From Naegleria gruberi (taxonomy: Eukaryota): a DNA stretch of 64,000 nt. Below, piece after piece: positions 61,501-64,000 of the stretch. The stretch lies in assembly GCA_000004985.1 (NCBI GenBank), contig GG738856.1; one strand, given 5' to 3'. The notes beneath the pieces are model-generated. The model did no database searches. It worked only from the letters and a program-made list of their open reading frames with translations, and was not told where the DNA came from. Numbering within the stretch: the stretch's first letter is position 1; every line of letters starts with the position of its first letter. Made by a program: the position numbers and the translations under genes.

Positions 61501-64000
61501 GATCCAAAGGTTGCTGATCACGTTGCAGCTATTATCACTGTTCTCTTCCAATTGAACAATGTCAAAACTACAAGTATTCCAACAACAGGCACTGGTGGCT
61601 CATCAAATAGCAGTGAAATGACTGCTACTGCACCACAAGCTGCCTTCGATGAGAATATTTCATTTACTGTTGGTGAATCGCTTGCCTTGATTGGAGGTGG
61701 TTTGAAGCATTGTGAACTTGCTAAGGATGATCCATACTTTGTAATCTACAATCAAAAGAATGCATTTTCTTCAGATGAAGAAGAAACTGAACATTATGAT
61801 GGCAACTTGAGAACAGTTCTCAGTAGATTGGTTCGTGAGTGTGTATTAAATCCAAAGAAGATTGTTCGTCAAGCTTCTAGCATTTGGTTATTGGCAGTGA
61901 CAAAATACAGTGGTCAATCCAATGCTTTATTCAAGAAGTACATCAAGGAAGTCCAAAGAGCTTTCTCTCTCCTTGTTACTGAAAATAATGAAGTTACCTC
62001 TGAAGTTGCAGGTAAGGGCCTGGGTTATGTCTATGAAATGGCAGAGAATACAGACAGAAAACAACTTGTCGACTCCTTAATGAACTATTTGATCGGAAAC
62101 AAAAAGCCACAAAACCTTGCTATTATTGAAGAGCCGGAGGAGCTCATGCTTTTCCCAGCTGGTGAGGAGCATCAAAAGGGTGGTAAGAATGCACCAACAT
62201 TGTCAACCTATAAGGAACTTGTTGATGCAGCAACAGATATTGGTAGACCTGAGATGATTTACCAACTTTTGGCTGTATCCAATCACAATGCTATTTGGAA
62301 TGCAAAGAAAGCTTATGCATTCTCTATGACCTCAATTCTTGGAAATCTGTCTGGTACCTCCCTCTTGGAAGATAAGGAGTTTGAAAAGAGTTTACCTCAA
62401 CTTGTTCCAAAACTTTTCAGATTCCTCTTTGATCCAAATCCAACAATCAGTGGTTCTATGAAGGAAATGTGGAAATCCCTTTTCGGAAGTGAAAATGACA
62501 AGACCAAACAAAATATGATCATTTCTAAATATTTGCCAAGAATTATGAAGGAATTATTGAATGGATTGAATCAAGAACTTTGGAGAATCAGAGAAGCTTG
62601 TTGTTATGCTATTTGTGAATTGATTGGTGGTAGCAGTTCAAAGACCTTTGAAGAAATGGCGCCATTTATCAAAGACTCATTCCAAAAAGTTTGGAGAGTA
62701 ACAGATGATGTCAAAGACACTTGCAGAAAGGCAGCTCAAAGTGCCCTCACAAAACTCAGCAACTTTGTTATCAAGGCATGTAATCCAACCTATACAAGCA
62801 AGAGAGAAAATGTTTCTCGTGCTCTTGCTATTGCGATTCCATTGTTGTTGCACGAAGGTTTGATTTTCCCATTCAAGGATGTTGTTCATTCTAGTTTGGC
62901 TACTTTGAAGGAAGTAGTTCATGTATCAACTCACTATATCAGACCACATATTCACGAAATTGTTTCAACATTATTGCAACAAATGTCTGTTCTTGAACCA
63001 GCTCAATTCAACTATATTCAAATGAATGCAGCAGAGTACGGTATTTCTGTGGAGCAATTGGAAAGTTTGAGATTGTCTGCCATGTCCAGAGGAGGTCCAC
63101 TGTCTGAAATCATTATGGATTGTGAAAGACATGTTGATGAAAGTGTTCTTCAAACACTTGTTCCAAGTCTTTTGGAAGTACTCCAGGTTGGTGTTGGTCT
63201 TCAAACAAGAGCCCACTGTGCCAAGTTTATTGCCTCTTTGGGTAAATTCCATGGAAGGTATCTGAAAGACTTTGTCAATCCTCTTGATGTTGCCATCATG
63301 AGTGCAATCAGACAAACAGAATCAATGGCTGAGAAGAAAGAGTTGGCTACAGCTCTTTCCCAAGTTGTTAAGAATGGTAAAGTCTCAGAGGCAAAACGTG
63401 TCTTGGTTGAAATCCTTAACATGTACACACAAGAGGGTGAGGAAAATGAGAATGAAAATTCTGCAGATGAGTTGAGAATGATGAGTGCCTTAATTTTGGA
63501 ACAAATCAGTAAGAATTGTACCATTCTCTTGAAGAGATTCTACGACATTGCACTCCCAATCATGTTCATTGCCAGACACGACAAGAGTGAGAGAGTTAGG
63601 AAAATGTGGGACTCTGTCTGGGAAGAATCTACCAATACCTCTGTTAAGAGTACTTTGGAAATCCATATCAAGGTGATTGTTGACAGATGTATTCAATTGT
63701 TGGGCCACCCAACTTGGGAATTGAAGAGACAAGGAGGTAGTGCTCTGCAAGAAGTTGCAAGTGCTTTGGGTATTCTGCTTAATGAAAAACCACAAGAAAG
63801 AGAACAAATGATTACAGCTCTCCTCAATTCTATCACTGGTCGTTTGTGGGAAGGAAAGATTGTACTTCTCAAGGCTCTTGGAAGTGTTTGTGAAACATTT
63901 GTTTCAAAGGAAAATCAACAAGTTTCTCAAGAGATGAAAATTTTGGATATTCTTCAAAAGGAATGTAAGAAGAAGGATGTAGATTATAGATTGGAAGCTC
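58573..64000 (+). CDS. ECM29: ECM29-like proteasome-associated HEAT-repeat protein, 5' partial (ORF open to the window end; absent from the ORF track)
   Basis: ATG at 58573, then at least 1800 codons without a stop on my reading. N-terminus 'LVQLLTLLGFPEASVRNKVIEVLSNTVNKRVKLESTTIKLPFGKILELFQ' parallels ECM29 'FLPPVLLKLSS..E.VRKKVMELLVHLNKRIKS...IQLPVE.LL.QYQ'. HEAT-like repeats throughout. Confidence 0.55.
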   Translation, partial: MSKQPQAKQVLAIVEKIGTKIAIANGGKSLENLLDNHLVQLLTLLGFPEASVRNKVIEVLSNTVNKRVKLESTTIKLPFGKILELFQKEISNSFIKNFAVIYLDMGFPQLSPSEMTEYLPTFFQVLPLLNSNPSDNTSVSNKQHQAMFLRFIVEAVCNLTYPEKEEDALEKFQEIRNCGTSTLDIFIDFAIDFMLYKPSQKSVGSMQTIYPNGLNVIKIKRILGSRETIEAQELQKRKMNLLEFFTKSACFSENQQFLVLVIGMSQQESTDQLGSRCEVLIKKLSPDYEEPTFIQKLFSIYLGDSSNGISQASLPLKYKILSYLCKSTLAANHFPQTHLVLMDSLFSEYAGMKLRGFGMQFFMWVIQEGTAIEQEYGSEVFRSILSNISRLSSSTNSSTFSMNEIAMLKENMYTALGSFARKFPHFVMDRFDLVERYFDAIAFEDTRIRVAILQGLSNLIYAFKVNFMNNSEEETRAVRVRFENLFYSWVVERNTGLSDLLTGKSTHQNMQLSAKSAVNSAVLRCANSLFPFDNVVSRFLCLFCTAGGFGSGDNVSLSHQIREECLKGTDLDKFTKARQLDHWVINKKGSDSSESSEENVNKLPMFLTVKFSFPTFKSVVGYIFDFMTKFDPAITKSNTMPALNKIVAPSAHSAMIKFCFDCLAEECKLQNVSMLERIEKMSQEMLDDNVKDDFEKFLYVIEKSFDDKVLLYSGTTSNATELLLEASETLLRLLLSLKDKPDYVKYISRRFSFLLDEKGPFLFDLMLGSYNDIAREKFSKFIALLFIFIRQDPEKSSQCEKLIGIWKDYIEKQFGNANTMSDHKGEVCALGSILTLGSIISLNYASQSSSSTEPYLLDAFKLILSILSKIPLTNLREPLHQACYLAVGEMGYSGVLQDYFANYFTPTIDELQFEVSATLPSKEINSMDDLVTLFVKLVERYASSTRQKNSSTTNEKILERLIITVGKVCVGSNKNNDPKVADHVAAIITVLFQLNNVKTTSIPTTGTGGSSNSSEMTATAPQAAFDENISFTVGESLALIGGGLKHCELAKDDPYFVIYNQKNAFSSDEEETEHYDGNLRTVLSRLVRECVLNPKKIVRQASSIWLLAVTKYSGQSNALFKKYIKEVQRAFSLLVTENNEVTSEVAGKGLGYVYEMAENTDRKQLVDSLMNYLIGNKKPQNLAIIEEPEELMLFPAGEEHQKGGKNAPTLSTYKELVDAATDIGRPEMIYQLLAVSNHNAIWNAKKAYAFSMTSILGNLSGTSLLEDKEFEKSLPQLVPKLFRFLFDPNPTISGSMKEMWKSLFGSENDKTKQNMIISKYLPRIMKELLNGLNQELWRIREACCYAICELIGGSSSKTFEEMAPFIKDSFQKVWRVTDDVKDTCRKAAQSALTKLSNFVIKACNPTYTSKRENVSRALAIAIPLLLHEGLIFPFKDVVHSSLATLKEVVHVSTHYIRPHIHEIVSTLLQQMSVLEPAQFNYIQMNAAEYGISVEQLESLRLSAMSRGGPLSEIIMDCERHVDESVLQTLVPSLLEVLQVGVGLQTRAHCAKFIASLGKFHGRYLKDFVNPLDVAIMSAIRQTESMAEKKELATALSQVVKNGKVSEAKRVLVEILNMYTQEGEENENENSADELRMMSALILEQISKNCTILLKRFYDIALPIMFIARHDKSERVRKMWDSVWEESTNTSVKSTLEIHIKVIVDRCIQLLGHPTWELKRQGGSALQEVASALGILLNEKPQEREQMITALLNSITGRLWEGKIVLLKALGSVCETFVSKENQQVSQEMKILDILQKECKKKDVDYRLEA

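Noticed and set aside
1-64000. CRISPR arrays, prophage or integrative elements, operon-like co-directional clusters
   Set aside because: The sequence is clearly eukaryotic nuclear: spliceosomal introns, histone H4, 5S and tRNA Pol III genes, ESCRT, SNARE, DOCK. No direct-repeat/spacer arrays and no phage or transposase ORFs were found.

Overview
This 64-kb window reads as gene-dense nuclear DNA from an AT-rich unicellular eukaryote, roughly one third GC. It uses the standard genetic code: ORFs end at TAA/TAG/TGA where homology predicts. Proteins are rich in Asn/Gln/Ser low-complexity tracts. Introns are sparse and very short, 41-96 nt, with GTAAGT/GTATGT or GTTTGT 5' sites and TAG/CAG 3' sites. 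F-box and LRR proteins are numerous. Together this looks amoebozoan, possibly dictyostelid-like, but the organism is an inference. The ORF track appears to allow TTG/GTG starts, so several protein N-termini are probably shorter than listed.

About 35 protein-coding genes are supported. The recognisable ones are a PCMT-like methyltransferase, two F-box/LRR paralogs, a 2OG-Fe(II) oxygenase, an ENPP-family phosphodiesterase, two Clp1/Grc3-family polynucleotide kinases, CHMP1, a xylulokinase, a PUM3-like PUF protein, a CorA-type Mg2+ channel, NDUFA9, NDUFA12, a receptor-type class III nucleotidyl cyclase, a Cu-transporting P-type ATPase, histone H4, a cellular RdRP, a DOCK-family GEF, a HAD/SDT1-like nucleotidase, an AI-2E/TMEM245-like membrane protein, a small SNARE, and an ECM29-like HEAT-repeat ORF that runs off the 3' end and is absent from the ORF track.

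RNA genes: a chromosomal 5S rRNA (3003-3120), a tRNA-like Pol III gene with a 46-nt insertion (24837-24955), and a tRNA-Met(CAU) gene whose D-loop carries a 291-bp repeat-containing insertion (58117-58480).

The strongest findings are: (1) a SelW-like selenoprotein whose first exon carries an in-frame TGA in a C-x-x-U motif; (2) the interrupted tRNA-Met gene; (3) a GC-rich intergenic island with RNase P/MRP-like CR-I/CR-V motifs (candidate structured ncRNA); (4) Clp1-family RNA kinases next to an interrupted tRNA-like gene.

At two line starts (near 53941 and 54901) the displayed bases disagree by one nucleotide with the protein strings in the ORF track. I did not interpret those as biology.
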